Virus record (IMG/VR): IMGVR_UViG_3300028392_000034
Span: 1 to 64,000 of that record
Reading direction: 5' to 3' (one strand)
Length of the DNA: 64,000 bases
Origin: a virus
Shown here: one piece after another, positions 1-10,058 of the stretch
How positions within the stretch are numbered: position 1 is the stretch's first letter
Layout of the letters: each line of letters starts with the position of its first letter
Translations under genes and position numbers: made by a program
Notes under the pieces: generated by a model
Told to the model about the DNA's origin: nothing
Database searches by the model: none
Seen by the model: the letters and a program-made list of their open reading frames with translations, nothing else

Positions 1-2232
1 CCAGTTGATAGTGAAAAAACACACCCATACTATTCAAACCCAAAACACCTTGATAATTACGGTAATTTACAAATCAAACCAGGTCAAGGCAAAGGCGTTG
101 CTGGCGGTCCAAACATGGCCGAAGCCGACATGGACGAATCAGCAGTGCGTATTATGGCCAAGCCCGAAGGGTCGCAAGTCACAAGAGGAACAGCCGCTTA
201 TGTTCCTAAAAATTCTATTGCTGGCAAAACACCACAAGGTCAAGCACATCGTGATGCCACAGCCGCAATGGCCAAGGCTGCTCGTGCCGCCGGTGGTAAA
301 CTGGCAATGAATAAAACCACTGATGCAACTGGTAAACGTGTGTCAGGTGGGTATGATGCAATGGCCAAAGGTGTAACACCGTACAGGTCCAGCACTGAAG
401 AAGGCAATGCGTTCACAGGCAAGTTAAAAGCCACACCCAAAGGTGGCAATTTTAAATTAGGCGACAAAACATTTAAAGATACCAGCAGTATTGAAGAAGG
501 CCACTGCCCTGCATGTGATTGTGCTCCGTGTGAATGCAATGAAGGCAATGCATTTAGCAAAGCCGTAGTTGATGCCAAACGTGATGGCATACAAAAAGGT
601 GAAAAGATCCGTGTTGGTGGCAAAGAGTTGCCGCTTAAAGAACTGGACATGAGATTACTCAAAGGCGCACAAGGTTCAATGAAAGCCAGCAATACCGACA
701 GCGAAAGTGAACGCAACCGACACAAAAAGTATGGCTATCGCAGTGACCGTGATGATACCGGCAATGACGATGACTATGATGAATACGGCAATTTGAAGAA
801 CAAGAAAAAAGCTGCAGTATCCGACGGTCCCAAGAAAAAAGGGCGCCCCACAAAAGAAAAACGCCCAGAACGTGTCACAGCCAAAAGTTACAAATATAAA
901 GACGGTCGTCCTACCAAGACCAAAGAAGACGTTGACACTGATGGCGTTATGATGACTCGCCCCAGCAACATGAGCAGTGAAAGTGTTAGCCCTGCTGAGC
1001 AAGGTGAATACAATGACGAAGCCGGTATGACCAAAGATTCATTGCACACCATTGTGCGTCATGCCCGCGAATTAGAAAAATGCCTACGCCAAAATGAAAA
1101 CTTGCCAGAATGGGTGCAGGAAAAGGTTGGCCAGATCAAAGGCATGATGAGCAGTGTTAGTGACTATATTATCAGCACACACGAACGTGATGCAGAGCAA
1201 CACCTGGGCCGTGAAGGCATTACCATTGAACCAATGGCCGAAGGTATTGACAAGGCACAGGCACAGGCAGTTTACAATGAACTTGCAAATTTACGCAAGT
1301 TTGCAAAACAAGTTCAAGGCGGCGGACAGTTCCCACAGGGCTTTGCTTCGCAATTAGAAAATACATTATGGTCAGCTATGAAACTGATACAAGCACAGCA
1401 ACCAAACGATGCTCAGGTGTTTGAAAAAGCAGTGAGTCAAGCACAGCGCAGAGCCGCTGGCATTGCACACGCAGCACAAAAGGGTGAAATCCCCAAGAGC
1501 AAATTGCGTGGTGCGTCAAAAGAAATGGCCAAGATGCCACAAGGTGAACTGCACAAGTTTGCTGCTACTAAAGAAAAAGGCCTGCCTAAAAAGGTCAAAG
1601 AAGGCGGTAAACCAGACTTTATTGACCTAGACAAAGATGGCAACAAAACTGAGCCAATGAAACAGGCTGCCAAACAGGCCAAAGGCAAAAAAGAAGAAAA
1701 AGTTGATGAAACAACTGTATCCGGATCAGTGGCCACAGCTTCTCCAAGCGGCAAGCCCAGCAAAGGCATGCAGTTTGGCAAAGGTGTTTACGAAAGTTTA
1801 GACCGTCAGTTCAAACAGGCCTTAACTGAAAGTATCAATATTGAATCCAAGATGCAAGAGTGCGGTGACGGCGAAATGGCTCCGGCAATCACTATCCAAG
1901 CCGATGGTGAAGAAGCGGCCAAGTTGATGATGTTGTTGAAGTTGGCCGGACTTGAAAGTCAAATTCCTAAGGCCTGTCCAACCTGCGGTGCCAGCCCATG
2001 CGGTTGCGATCAAATGGTAGACGAAAACGCACCAGACTGGCCAAGCAACACAGAAACACTGGCAGCAGATCCTAATCTACGCACCTACTCAGGTGGGTTG
2101 AATGGCCCTAAATCAACTGGACAATCAACAACACCAGTATTGGCCAGCCAGTTACGTCGTCAGGCCAGTATGGAAGAGTCATTAGAACTTGAGCGTAATT
2201 TGTTCAAAACTTGGCAAAATTATAAAGGTTAA
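1..2232 (+). CDS. Modular putative head/internal polyprotein (5' truncated by the window); contains a DUF3008-like module and a DxDxDG Ca-loop-like motif
   Basis: Frame 1 is open from base 1 (PVDSEKTH...), so the ATG at 115 is internal. Many short modules are bounded by xxE|G/S/A/D. AVSQAQRRAAGIAHAAQKGEIPKSKLRGASKEM resembles DUF3008; also KPDFIDLDKDGNKTE. Confidence 0.6.
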   Translation, partial: PVDSEKTHPYYSNPKHLDNYGNLQIKPGQGKGVAGGPNMAEADMDESAVRIMAKPEGSQVTRGTAAYVPKNSIAGKTPQGQAHRDATAAMAKAARAAGGKLAMNKTTDATGKRVSGGYDAMAKGVTPYRSSTEEGNAFTGKLKATPKGGNFKLGDKTFKDTSSIEEGHCPACDCAPCECNEGNAFSKAVVDAKRDGIQKGEKIRVGGKELPLKELDMRLLKGAQGSMKASNTDSESERNRHKKYGYRSDRDDTGNDDDYDEYGNLKNKKKAAVSDGPKKKGRPTKEKRPERVTAKSYKYKDGRPTKTKEDVDTDGVMMTRPSNMSSESVSPAEQGEYNDEAGMTKDSLHTIVRHARELEKCLRQNENLPEWVQEKVGQIKGMMSSVSDYIISTHERDAEQHLGREGITIEPMAEGIDKAQAQAVYNELANLRKFAKQVQGGGQFPQGFASQLENTLWSAMKLIQAQQPNDAQVFEKAVSQAQRRAAGIAHAAQKGEIPKSKLRGASKEMAKMPQGELHKFAATKEKGLPKKVKEGGKPDFIDLDKDGNKTEPMKQAAKQAKGKKEEKVDETTVSGSVATASPSGKPSKGMQFGKGVYESLDRQFKQALTESINIESKMQECGDGEMAPAITIQADGEEAAKLMMLLKLAGLESQIPKACPTCGASPCGCDQMVDENAPDWPSNTETLAADPNLRTYSGGLNGPKSTGQSTTPVLASQLRRQASMEESLELERNLFKTWQNYKG

Positions 2233-2237
2233 TTAAA

Positions 2238-2528
2238 ATGGCTCAAGCAAATGTTTTTACAAGTCTGTCAGCAAATACTGTCTGGTATACTGACAAAGCC
2301 AGTATTAGCACAGGCAATACTGCTGTGACATTTAATGTATATGCTCCTGCAGTCGGCACAGCTGCCGCAGTCGGCAATATCTATAGCAACGCTGTAAGTG
2401 TTCCAGCCGCTACCGTTACAGAAATTTATGTAGGCGTTGGAAATTACATAACAATTACTGGCGCAAACTTTACTATTCAGGAACTAGGCACCGCAAGTTC
2501 AGCACAAGCCGGCGTAATTGGAGCCTAG
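2238..2528 (+). CDS. Small Ala/Thr/Val-rich putative virion protein
   Basis: 96-aa ORF with beta-rich structural composition in a head-gene context. Confidence 0.5.
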   Translation: MAQANVFTSLSANTVWYTDKASISTGNTAVTFNVYAPAVGTAAAVGNIYSNAVSVPAATVTEIYVGVGNYITITGANFTIQELGTASSAQAGVIGA

Positions 2529-2530
2529 TT

Positions 2531-2914
2531 GTGAGAGCAGATGAGTTTATCTCTGAGGACCGCAAAGGTAAAATTCCCGGTGGCCATGACAATTCAATGC
2601 CCGGCGCACATATCATGCGTGACAATGGCGGATATGATCGTACCAATCATTTGAATCGTATGATGATGGCAGCTGCTTGTCATGATGGTAAAACAAAAAA
2701 TGCTGTGCCAAGAGATCAAATGGATCCAGCAAGCTGGGTTGAAAAATACAACACAGCACATCCATATACCCGAGAAGAAGACAACATGATTCACGGTGCC
2801 ATGAAAACAATCGGCGCTGAAAGTCATCATGTTGTGTCAGACCATCGCAGTGTAGAACACCCAGACACACATCGAGTAAGTCCAATAAAAGCGTTCAAAG
2901 GCTACGGCCGATGA
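2531..2914 (+). CDS. Putative internal head protein, paralog 1
   Basis: N-terminus MRADEFISE resembles the T4 capsid-targeting sequence; C-terminus SPIKAFKGYGR is shared with the next ORF. Confidence 0.55.
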   Translation: MRADEFISEDRKGKIPGGHDNSMPGAHIMRDNGGYDRTNHLNRMMMAAACHDGKTKNAVPRDQMDPASWVEKYNTAHPYTREEDNMIHGAMKTIGAESHHVVSDHRSVEHPDTHRVSPIKAFKGYGR

Positions 2915-3303
2915 GAGCCAGAGAATTTGTCACCGAAGGTCGAACAGGTTCGATAACATATGATGTGGGTCGTTCGTTACCTGGTGCGTTTAAAATTCCA
3001 GCATTGAAAAATCAAGATCCTTATTTGCAGTATCGTTTTGGTGTGGCCATTGCCGGAGCCAAAGGTGCGGCTCAACGTGCAGCGGACGGTGTTCCACCAT
3101 TTGATGGCAAAGAATCAGAGTTTGGCGAAAACGAGATTGTAGTAAGCTATGATCCGCATGTAGTAGATTATATACATGATGCTCTCAGAGCCATGGGCAT
3201 GCCTCCAAGTGATGCAGTGCAGATTGGCACGATGGCCAGTGAAGAAATGCCCGATGTAGACAAACGCAGTCCTGTTGCAGGATTCAAAGGATATCCACGA
3301 TAA
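2911..3303 (+). CDS. Putative internal head protein, paralog 2
   Basis: N-terminus MRAREFVTE; C-terminus SPVAGFKGYPR; ATGA overlap with paralog 1. Confidence 0.55.
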   Translation: MRAREFVTEGRTGSITYDVGRSLPGAFKIPALKNQDPYLQYRFGVAIAGAKGAAQRAADGVPPFDGKESEFGENEIVVSYDPHVVDYIHDALRAMGMPPSDAVQIGTMASEEMPDVDKRSPVAGFKGYPR

Positions 3304-3323
3304 TTAATAAGAAAGAAATTAAC

Positions 3324-4148
3324 ATGAAAAAAATCTTAACAAGTTTAATAATTGCGCTAATTGCATCATCAGCATTGGCCTGGACACAACGTGCCCCTGG
3401 CACCCTAGCACAATGTCAAGTGCATACACCATACGGTGTTCCACAAGTGCAAGGTGCTGTGCAACCAATTTGCCGTGAAGCTTATCTATCAGCCTATGAT
3501 TCTCAGGCCAAAGTTCCACGTTTTGTTATGTGGACCTTGACCCCTGGACACGCATTGGGTTGCGTAGCACGGTCAAATGCATTTGCCGCTGACCAAAGCA
3601 TCCAGGGTGGTGCAGTACCAGGTGACTACGCAGGCACAGGCTACGACAAAGGACACATGGCTCCAGACGGAGACCAAAGTTGGGATCAACAGGTTGAGTA
3701 TGAAAGTTTCTTGATGACCAACATGAGCCCACAGGCCGGCAGTTTAAATCGTGGTATTTGGAAACTGTTAGAAACATCAGTGCGTGGTTGGGCAGCTCAA
3801 ACTGGACACACATTCAACATAGTCAGTGGTGGATTATACACAGCACAAGACAAAAAGATTGGTGCTGGCGTAGTTGTTCCACATGCTTTCTACAAGATTG
3901 TCATAGACGAAAACACAGGACAATATGCAGGTTGGTTGTTTCCACACGTAGCACCATATCCTAATCTAGGCAATGACTTGACTAAATTCCGCGTACCAGT
4001 GGCACAGATTGAACAACAAGCAGGTGTTAATTATGCATTTCCTAAAGGCGCAGTAGAGCTACAACCTGGACAAGAATGGCCAGTGGACTTTGGCGCATTG
4101 ACTAATGCAAAACGCAAGTTGTGTGGCGCCAACGCCGACATCGATTAA
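3324..4148 (+). CDS. Secreted DNA/RNA non-specific endonuclease (NucA/Serratia type)
   Basis: Signal peptide MKKILTSLIIALIASSALA; GYDKGHMAP active-site motif; NMSPQ..LNRGIWKLLE; VPHAFYKI. Confidence 0.9.
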   Translation: MKKILTSLIIALIASSALAWTQRAPGTLAQCQVHTPYGVPQVQGAVQPICREAYLSAYDSQAKVPRFVMWTLTPGHALGCVARSNAFAADQSIQGGAVPGDYAGTGYDKGHMAPDGDQSWDQQVEYESFLMTNMSPQAGSLNRGIWKLLETSVRGWAAQTGHTFNIVSGGLYTAQDKKIGAGVVVPHAFYKIVIDENTGQYAGWLFPHVAPYPNLGNDLTKFRVPVAQIEQQAGVNYAFPKGAVELQPGQEWPVDFGALTNAKRKLCGANADID

Positions 4149-4186
4149 AAGTTTGTTCCAGCAGTCAATCTGCTCATAATTACAGT

Positions 4187-5308
4187 ATGAGCAATTTCTT
4201 GTGTGCAGCTCCGTGGAGGGGTCTGCACATCAATCCACAAGGCAGTGTCAAAACCTGTTGTGCAGGTGATCCTAATATGTTGGGCAACTTAAACAGCCAA
4301 ACTATTGAGGAGATTCTACACGGCTCTGCACTGCAAGAAGTAAGACAAACCCTGCGTGAGGGACGCCCACATGAGCAGTATTGTCACAATTGTGTGCAGG
4401 CCGAACGCTATGGTCGTAGTGAACGTGACTGGCACAACAGAATAAATCCCGGCTTTGATGCTGGCCAAGCCTCAGATACAGAACACCATCCAGTGCTGAT
4501 TGACATACGCTGGAACACCACTTGCAATTTCAGTTGCAACTACTGCAACGAACACAGTAGTAGTCAATGGGCCAGTCTAAAACAATTGTCAGTTCAGTCC
4601 GGCACCAGACCCTATTCTGACCAAGTATGCAACTATCTCGAACAACATCAAGCACACATTAAGAAAGTGGCTCTAATTGGTGGTGAGCCGTTGTTGCTCA
4701 AAGAAAATGAACGACTACTAGATGCAATTCCTTTGGATTGTCAAGTTGACGTTATAACCAATCTTGGTGTAGACTTAGAAAGCAATCGGATATTTGCTAA
4801 GTTAGCACAACGACAACAGGTTGGGTGGAACATAAGCATTGACAATACGGGTGATAGATTTGAATATGTCAGGTATGGTGGTACATGGAGTCAAATTGAA
4901 CAAAATATCAAAATAATACAGGCCTGCTCAGGGCATAGATTAGGCATACATCCGCTTTACAACATTTACAATGCCACTAGACTATCTGAATTGATTTCTT
5001 GGGCACATGATCAAACAATACCCGTGCATTGGCAAAGCCTATATCATCCTGCTTGTTTAGATCCGCTACAACTGGGACCTGAGTTTAGGCAGTTGGCCTT
5101 AAAAGAATTACGAACAGTATTAAGTAGACCCGATTTGGATCACGGTCAACGCAACTTCCTACAAGAAACCGAAGCTCGACATCAGCTGGCCAACAACAAT
5201 ATGTTACCAGAATTTATAAATCACATTGCCGAAATTGAAAGTAAATATCATGCTGGTGCTGCAGGTCGCTTTGAACAACTGTGGCCTGAACTAGCAACTT
5301 TATTATGA
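4187..5308 (+). CDS. Radical SAM protein with N-terminal SPASM/twitch-like domain
   Basis: CNFSCNYC and GGEP; N-terminal CAAPW..G.VKTCC..CHNC. Start reassigned to ATG 4187; ATGA overlap with terminase. Confidence 0.85.
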   Translation: MSNFLCAAPWRGLHINPQGSVKTCCAGDPNMLGNLNSQTIEEILHGSALQEVRQTLREGRPHEQYCHNCVQAERYGRSERDWHNRINPGFDAGQASDTEHHPVLIDIRWNTTCNFSCNYCNEHSSSQWASLKQLSVQSGTRPYSDQVCNYLEQHQAHIKKVALIGGEPLLLKENERLLDAIPLDCQVDVITNLGVDLESNRIFAKLAQRQQVGWNISIDNTGDRFEYVRYGGTWSQIEQNIKIIQACSGHRLGIHPLYNIYNATRLSELISWAHDQTIPVHWQSLYHPACLDPLQLGPEFRQLALKELRTVLSRPDLDHGQRNFLQETEARHQLANNNMLPEFINHIAEIESKYHAGAAGRFEQLWPELATLL

Positions 5309-6870
5309 GCCAAACCGAATCTACTTTAGTTAAAACACCATACAAGAAAACAGCCTTTACTGATCAACAGTTAGAGGAGTTTGTAAAATGTGCTGATCCT
5401 GTAACAGGTCCGCAATATTTTCTTGATAACTTTTTTCATATACAGCATCCTACCAAAGGCAAGATGTTGTATCATCCGTTTGACTATCAAAAGCGACTGA
5501 TAGATACCTATCACAACTATCGCTTCAGCATCAGCATGATGCCGCGACAAACCGGTAAGAGTACCAGTGCCGCTGGCTATTTGTTATGGGTGGCCATGTT
5601 CCGTCCAGATTCAACTATTCTTATTGCCGCACACAAATACACTGGCTCACAAGAGATCATGCAACGTATTCGCTATGCCTACGAGCTGTGTCCAGATCAT
5701 ATCCGTGCCGGAGTTACTAGTTACAACAAAGGTAACTTGGACTTTGAAAACGGATCACGCATAGTTTCAACCACCACAACAGAAAATACCGGTCGTGGTA
5801 TGAGTATATCACTCTTATACTGTGACGAGTTCGCGTTTGTTCGCCCTGGCATTGCCAAAGAGTTCTGGACTTCTATTAGCCCTACACTGGCCACTGGTGG
5901 TAAGGCAATTATTACAAGCACTCCAAACAGTGACGAAGATCAGTTTGCCCTGTTGTGGAAAGGTGCTCTCAAGTGCGAAGATGAATTTGGTAACCCCACT
6001 GACGTTGGTATCAATGGATTTAAGAGTTATCGCAGTTATTGGAACGAACACCCAGACCGTGATGAAAAGTGGGCTAGCGAACAGCGAGCACAGTTAGGCG
6101 ATGATCGTTTCCGCCGTGAAATGGGGTGCGAATTTATTATCAACGATGAAACACTTATAGCACCAACTAAATTATTAGATTTGCAAGGGCATGAACCCTT
6201 GTATAAGACTGGGCAGGTTCGTTGGTATCAGCGCCCCAAGTCAGGCCGTACCTATGTAATTGGGCTTGACCCTAGTTTGGGCACTGGTGGTGATGCTGCT
6301 GCTATACAAATATTTGAAGCAGAAACTACAGAACAAGTGGCTGAGTGGCGTCACAATAGAACACCAATACCTGAGCAGGTTCGCATTTTAGCAGCTATTT
6401 GTGCTCACATCAATGAAACAGTTAAGGATCCACAAAAAATATACTACAGCATAGAAAACAATACCATTGGCGAAGCTGCATTGATCAGCATTGACGAATA
6501 TGGCGAGGAAAACATACAGGGCTATTTTCTAAGTGACCCGCACAATGGCGGAAATAAGAGATACCGCAAAGGATTCAACACCACAAACAAACCCAAGCTG
6601 GCCGCTTGTAACAAGTTAAAAACACTAATCGAATCAGGACGTATGAAGGTACGCAGTTCAAGCCTGGTCAGCGAACTCAAAACCTTTGTGGCTTCTGGTG
6701 CAGGCTATGCAGCCAAAATAGGAGAAACTGATGACTTGGTTATGAGCACAGTGCTGACGGTGCGTATGCTACAATTGCTACAAACCTACGATAACAGCAT
6801 TGATACTCAGCTGCGAGACCACGGAGATAACATAATCCCGCCGATGCCATTCATCAGCGTAAGGCGCTAA
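5305..6870 (+). CDS. Terminase large subunit (T4 gp17-like)
   Basis: PRQTGKS Walker A, LLYCDEFAF Walker B, ITSTPN coupling motif; nuclease domain GLDPS...TDDLVM. Confidence 0.95.
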   Translation: MSQTESTLVKTPYKKTAFTDQQLEEFVKCADPVTGPQYFLDNFFHIQHPTKGKMLYHPFDYQKRLIDTYHNYRFSISMMPRQTGKSTSAAGYLLWVAMFRPDSTILIAAHKYTGSQEIMQRIRYAYELCPDHIRAGVTSYNKGNLDFENGSRIVSTTTTENTGRGMSISLLYCDEFAFVRPGIAKEFWTSISPTLATGGKAIITSTPNSDEDQFALLWKGALKCEDEFGNPTDVGINGFKSYRSYWNEHPDRDEKWASEQRAQLGDDRFRREMGCEFIINDETLIAPTKLLDLQGHEPLYKTGQVRWYQRPKSGRTYVIGLDPSLGTGGDAAAIQIFEAETTEQVAEWRHNRTPIPEQVRILAAICAHINETVKDPQKIYYSIENNTIGEAALISIDEYGEENIQGYFLSDPHNGGNKRYRKGFNTTNKPKLAACNKLKTLIESGRMKVRSSSLVSELKTFVASGAGYAAKIGETDDLVMSTVLTVRMLQLLQTYDNSIDTQLRDHGDNIIPPMPFISVRR

Positions 6871-6873
6871 ATA
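6868..6873 (+). promoter_or_regulatory. T4-type late promoter core (TAAATA)
   Basis: TAAATA lies 8 nt before ATG 6881 with no SD; the motif recurs before many structural genes. Confidence 0.6.
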
Positions 6874-6880
6874 CACTACT

Positions 6881-9800
6881 ATGGCAGATATTACACCCGC
6901 TCGAAAATTATTTGATCTACTGGTCAGTAGAGATTTTGACCCAGAAATGCTGGACAGTTCTGGTAAACCAGCCGCTGACCCTGCAGAAACTGAAATATAC
7001 AGTTTTGACTTCCGTGCCCAAAGCGGCAAAGACTATGGCACAGTGGTAATCATGCTGGGCGACGACAATGATCTTGAAGTTTATTGCTCGGACAATGTGG
7101 GCCGCAGCATGGAAGGTGACGACAAAAACGACTGGTTTGCTTTCTTGGAACAGTTGAAAAACTTTGCCGTTAGAAACTTCATGACGTTTGGCATCAAAAA
7201 CTTGAATCGTTTACGTTACAGTATGCAAGGGCAAGCTGCCATCAAAGAAGGCCTGTTTGAAAGTTGGACTGGAAATCGAACCACCAGCTGGAATGGTGCG
7301 CCAACTGAAGCTCGCTTGATGATCCGCCACAAAAAGAACATTGCCGAAGGTGATGCTCGTTTCCGCTACATCGAAAGTTTGTTTATTGAAACAGCTGATA
7401 GCGAGCGTTACAAGTTGCCATTTACCAGTTTAACTGCTGGCCGTGCCATGTTGGAGCATGTGCGCCAAGGCGGACGTCCTTACGATGCCAGAGGTAATCA
7501 CATCAGTGAAATAGTTACAGAACTGGCGGTGCTAAGTCGTTTCCGCCGAGCCAATCAAGGACAAATCTTTGAAGGTGATACACAGCAACTGGTAGAACAA
7601 GTTAAAGAATACCAATCAAACTTGCAACGCAGCCTTAAAGGGCTTGGTACTCGCACTGGATACACCACATATTTTGAATCATGGAGCCCGGCTGAAATTT
7701 CAGAACAGGATGTAGTGATTGAAAGTTTAAAGAATCTTTTTGTCAAGCAGAGCATTGACACAAGAATTGAGTCAGCACTACCGCTGCTGGCCAAAATACA
7801 ACAACAAGGAACTGAAATGAAAGAAGCCAACATATTTGAAGCCTGGGTCGAACGACTTGCAGAAGGAACTTGGGCGTTGCCAGATACTCCAGAAAAACAA
7901 GACCAATTGATTGAACTGTTGAGTACGGACTTGCCAGTGGGCGCTGATGCTACCAATGCCACAGAACAACTGTATGACCTTGTTGGCGATGACGAGTTAT
8001 TTGACCAGTTGGGCGAACTGGCTGACCGCGATGCCAATGCAGATGCACGTCAAGTTATCATGGATCGACTGCAAGAACTCAGTGACTTTCCTGAAGTTCG
8101 TGCGGTATTGGATCAATTGCAAATTGATGCTACTGCTGAAATGAATCCACCCGAAGCCACTAATCCGGCTGATCTTGAACAAACAGACGAAGCCATGTTT
8201 CCAGGTAGTGCCATTGGTGACAAGTTGCGAGACTTTAAGCGAAAACAAGGGCAATCTGGTTCTGCAAAATTTGCAATGGGAATGATGCCAGCAGCAGGTG
8301 CTGGTGCAATGGCTGGATCTACAATGGCAACTACTGCTGTAGGAGCATCTGCTTTGTTTGCACCAGCATTAGGCGCAGGTGCTTTAGGTGGTGCCGCTGC
8401 CGCATTAGGCGGATTCTTAACATACAAGGGTCTAAATTGGTTGGCACAAAAATTGTTTGGAACCAAAGAAGAAGCATTGGCATTTGCTGATGCACATTTA
8501 AAAGCCGCAGGATCGGGACAACCACAATTTGAATTCCAAGGTAAAACATATCCAGTCAAGATCAATAGTCCACAAGAAGCACAGCAACTATTACGCAAGA
8601 TTCGTGTTTTACAAAGTCAAATTGACGAAAGTGATTTGAATAGTTTACGTCGTACCGCCGGCTTGACTGAAAACGTTCTTACCGACAGCACCGGCAGCAC
8701 ATTCCAACACATACTTGACACATTCAAACGTGATGTTCGAGACTTCAAAGAAACTGGCGAAGTCAGTGACGAACTGCACAATGCCCTGTATGACTACTAC
8801 TTTGATGACATGCCATATGGCACAAAGAAAGCTCGTGACGGTGATCCGTACGAATGGGTAGCAGATCGTTTTGGTGCAGACTTGGGCATCGACGGCTATG
8901 GCGGAAACAGCCCTGGCATTCCAGATTCTGATTACGGAATGGAACGTGAAAGCGTAGGCGACTATGCTGACGAGTATCAAGACTCGCTGTCGGGCATACT
9001 GAAAATTGCTGGTGTTCCTGCTAAACCACGTCCTGCACCCGAATACGATCATGCCGACATGGAAGAAGGCCTAATAGGTACCGCACTAGGTGGCATTGGT
9101 GGAGCATTGGTAGGAGGTCCAGCCGGAGCAAGAATTGGTGCATCACTTGGCAACGCAATTGGCAATGCAATGGGTAGTGATGACAAAACTACCGATGAAG
9201 CTGTTATGGTCAACCCAGGCACTACTATCATGAACCCTGATACTGAAAAAATGGCCAACCCTGAATTAGAAAAACACAATACTTGGCAGAAACAAGATGC
9301 AGAAGCAGATAAAATAAAATGGGGCGGCGGCGGCGTTCCTGCCAAAACATCAGCACCTCAAAAATCTGGCCTGGCCGCTAAATCTGGTGATGTCATTGAT
9401 GTTGATGCCAAAGAAGTAGAAGAGGGCGATATTCCATCTGAATTTGTTAGCGGAGCACGTGGACAACCGACCCCACTTGATGTAATAAATTATAAAGATT
9501 ACACGTCTGACATGAAAAGTAATTTTGGTCAAGACTGGAAACCTGATCCAAAACCAACAGGACCGTACGATACGGCTAAACTTGGATCGCCTCGATATTC
9601 TCAACCACCAGCAGAAGAGTCTATTGATCCTACCAATCCTAGAGATTATGAAATTCCAGCCATCCAGCGCAAAGGTCAAGAGCCATTGACTGCCAAAGAC
9701 ATTGAGCAAAAGGATCGTAAAGCTGAATTTGATTACTATCAACGTGCTCACGGCCGTCCACACCCAGACTCGGCCACAGAAGAAAGTCGTTCGCCCTTGG

Positions 9801-9895
9801 CTGGACAATACGGACACGCCGGCAAAATGAAAGAAGTCTCCAAGGATGTTAGCTTTTTGGACCGACTCAAAGAACTTTCCGGAATGAAGAAGTAA
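6881..9895 (+). CDS. Large putative head protein: globular N-terminal region plus modular C-terminal polyprotein with glycine-zipper segments
   Basis: 1004 aa between terminase and gp32, with a late promoter; repeated xxE boundaries; L-x-x-x-A/S-G motifs; ends LDRLKELSGMKK. Confidence 0.6.
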   Translation: MADITPARKLFDLLVSRDFDPEMLDSSGKPAADPAETEIYSFDFRAQSGKDYGTVVIMLGDDNDLEVYCSDNVGRSMEGDDKNDWFAFLEQLKNFAVRNFMTFGIKNLNRLRYSMQGQAAIKEGLFESWTGNRTTSWNGAPTEARLMIRHKKNIAEGDARFRYIESLFIETADSERYKLPFTSLTAGRAMLEHVRQGGRPYDARGNHISEIVTELAVLSRFRRANQGQIFEGDTQQLVEQVKEYQSNLQRSLKGLGTRTGYTTYFESWSPAEISEQDVVIESLKNLFVKQSIDTRIESALPLLAKIQQQGTEMKEANIFEAWVERLAEGTWALPDTPEKQDQLIELLSTDLPVGADATNATEQLYDLVGDDELFDQLGELADRDANADARQVIMDRLQELSDFPEVRAVLDQLQIDATAEMNPPEATNPADLEQTDEAMFPGSAIGDKLRDFKRKQGQSGSAKFAMGMMPAAGAGAMAGSTMATTAVGASALFAPALGAGALGGAAAALGGFLTYKGLNWLAQKLFGTKEEALAFADAHLKAAGSGQPQFEFQGKTYPVKINSPQEAQQLLRKIRVLQSQIDESDLNSLRRTAGLTENVLTDSTGSTFQHILDTFKRDVRDFKETGEVSDELHNALYDYYFDDMPYGTKKARDGDPYEWVADRFGADLGIDGYGGNSPGIPDSDYGMERESVGDYADEYQDSLSGILKIAGVPAKPRPAPEYDHADMEEGLIGTALGGIGGALVGGPAGARIGASLGNAIGNAMGSDDKTTDEAVMVNPGTTIMNPDTEKMANPELEKHNTWQKQDAEADKIKWGGGGVPAKTSAPQKSGLAAKSGDVIDVDAKEVEEGDIPSEFVSGARGQPTPLDVINYKDYTSDMKSNFGQDWKPDPKPTGPYDTAKLGSPRYSQPPAEESIDPTNPRDYEIPAIQRKGQEPLTAKDIEQKDRKAEFDYYQRAHGRPHPDSATEESRSPLAGQYGHAGKMKEVSKDVSFLDRLKELSGMKK

Positions 9896-9914
9896 TTCTG
9901 CAATTAGAACAACC

Positions 9915-9978
9915 GCGTCATAAATACACTTGACGCTGAGAAATAAAGCGTATATACTACACATGTGTATGCGCTTTT
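9915..9978 (+). promoter_or_regulatory. Nested late (TAAATA 9921) and sigma70-type (TTGACG-17-TATACT) promoters overlapping a terminator-like hairpin
   Basis: -35 at 9930-9935 and -10 at 9953-9958; hairpin AAAGCGTATATAC/GTGTATGCGCTTT ending in a T run. Confidence 0.65.
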
Positions 9979-10058
9979 TCTATTCAGCATCACAGGCAAC
10001 TCAAATCTAAATTTTTAGATAGGCAACATAGTAACTAAACTTTGAAAGGCAACTAACT

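Noticed and set aside
5-310. 101-aa ORF at the window start
   Set aside because: It overlaps the frame-1 ORF that is open from base 1 and has coherent modular content.
5305-6870. Intein, intron or split in terminase (also checked nrdA, nrdB and helicase)
   Set aside because: Lengths and motif spacing are normal, and no splice-junction or homing-endonuclease motifs were seen.
9350-9964. 204-aa minus-strand ORF and the many other antisense ORFs in the track
   Set aside because: These are shadow ORFs opposite well-supported plus-strand genes, with no promoter, SD or recognisable motifs.
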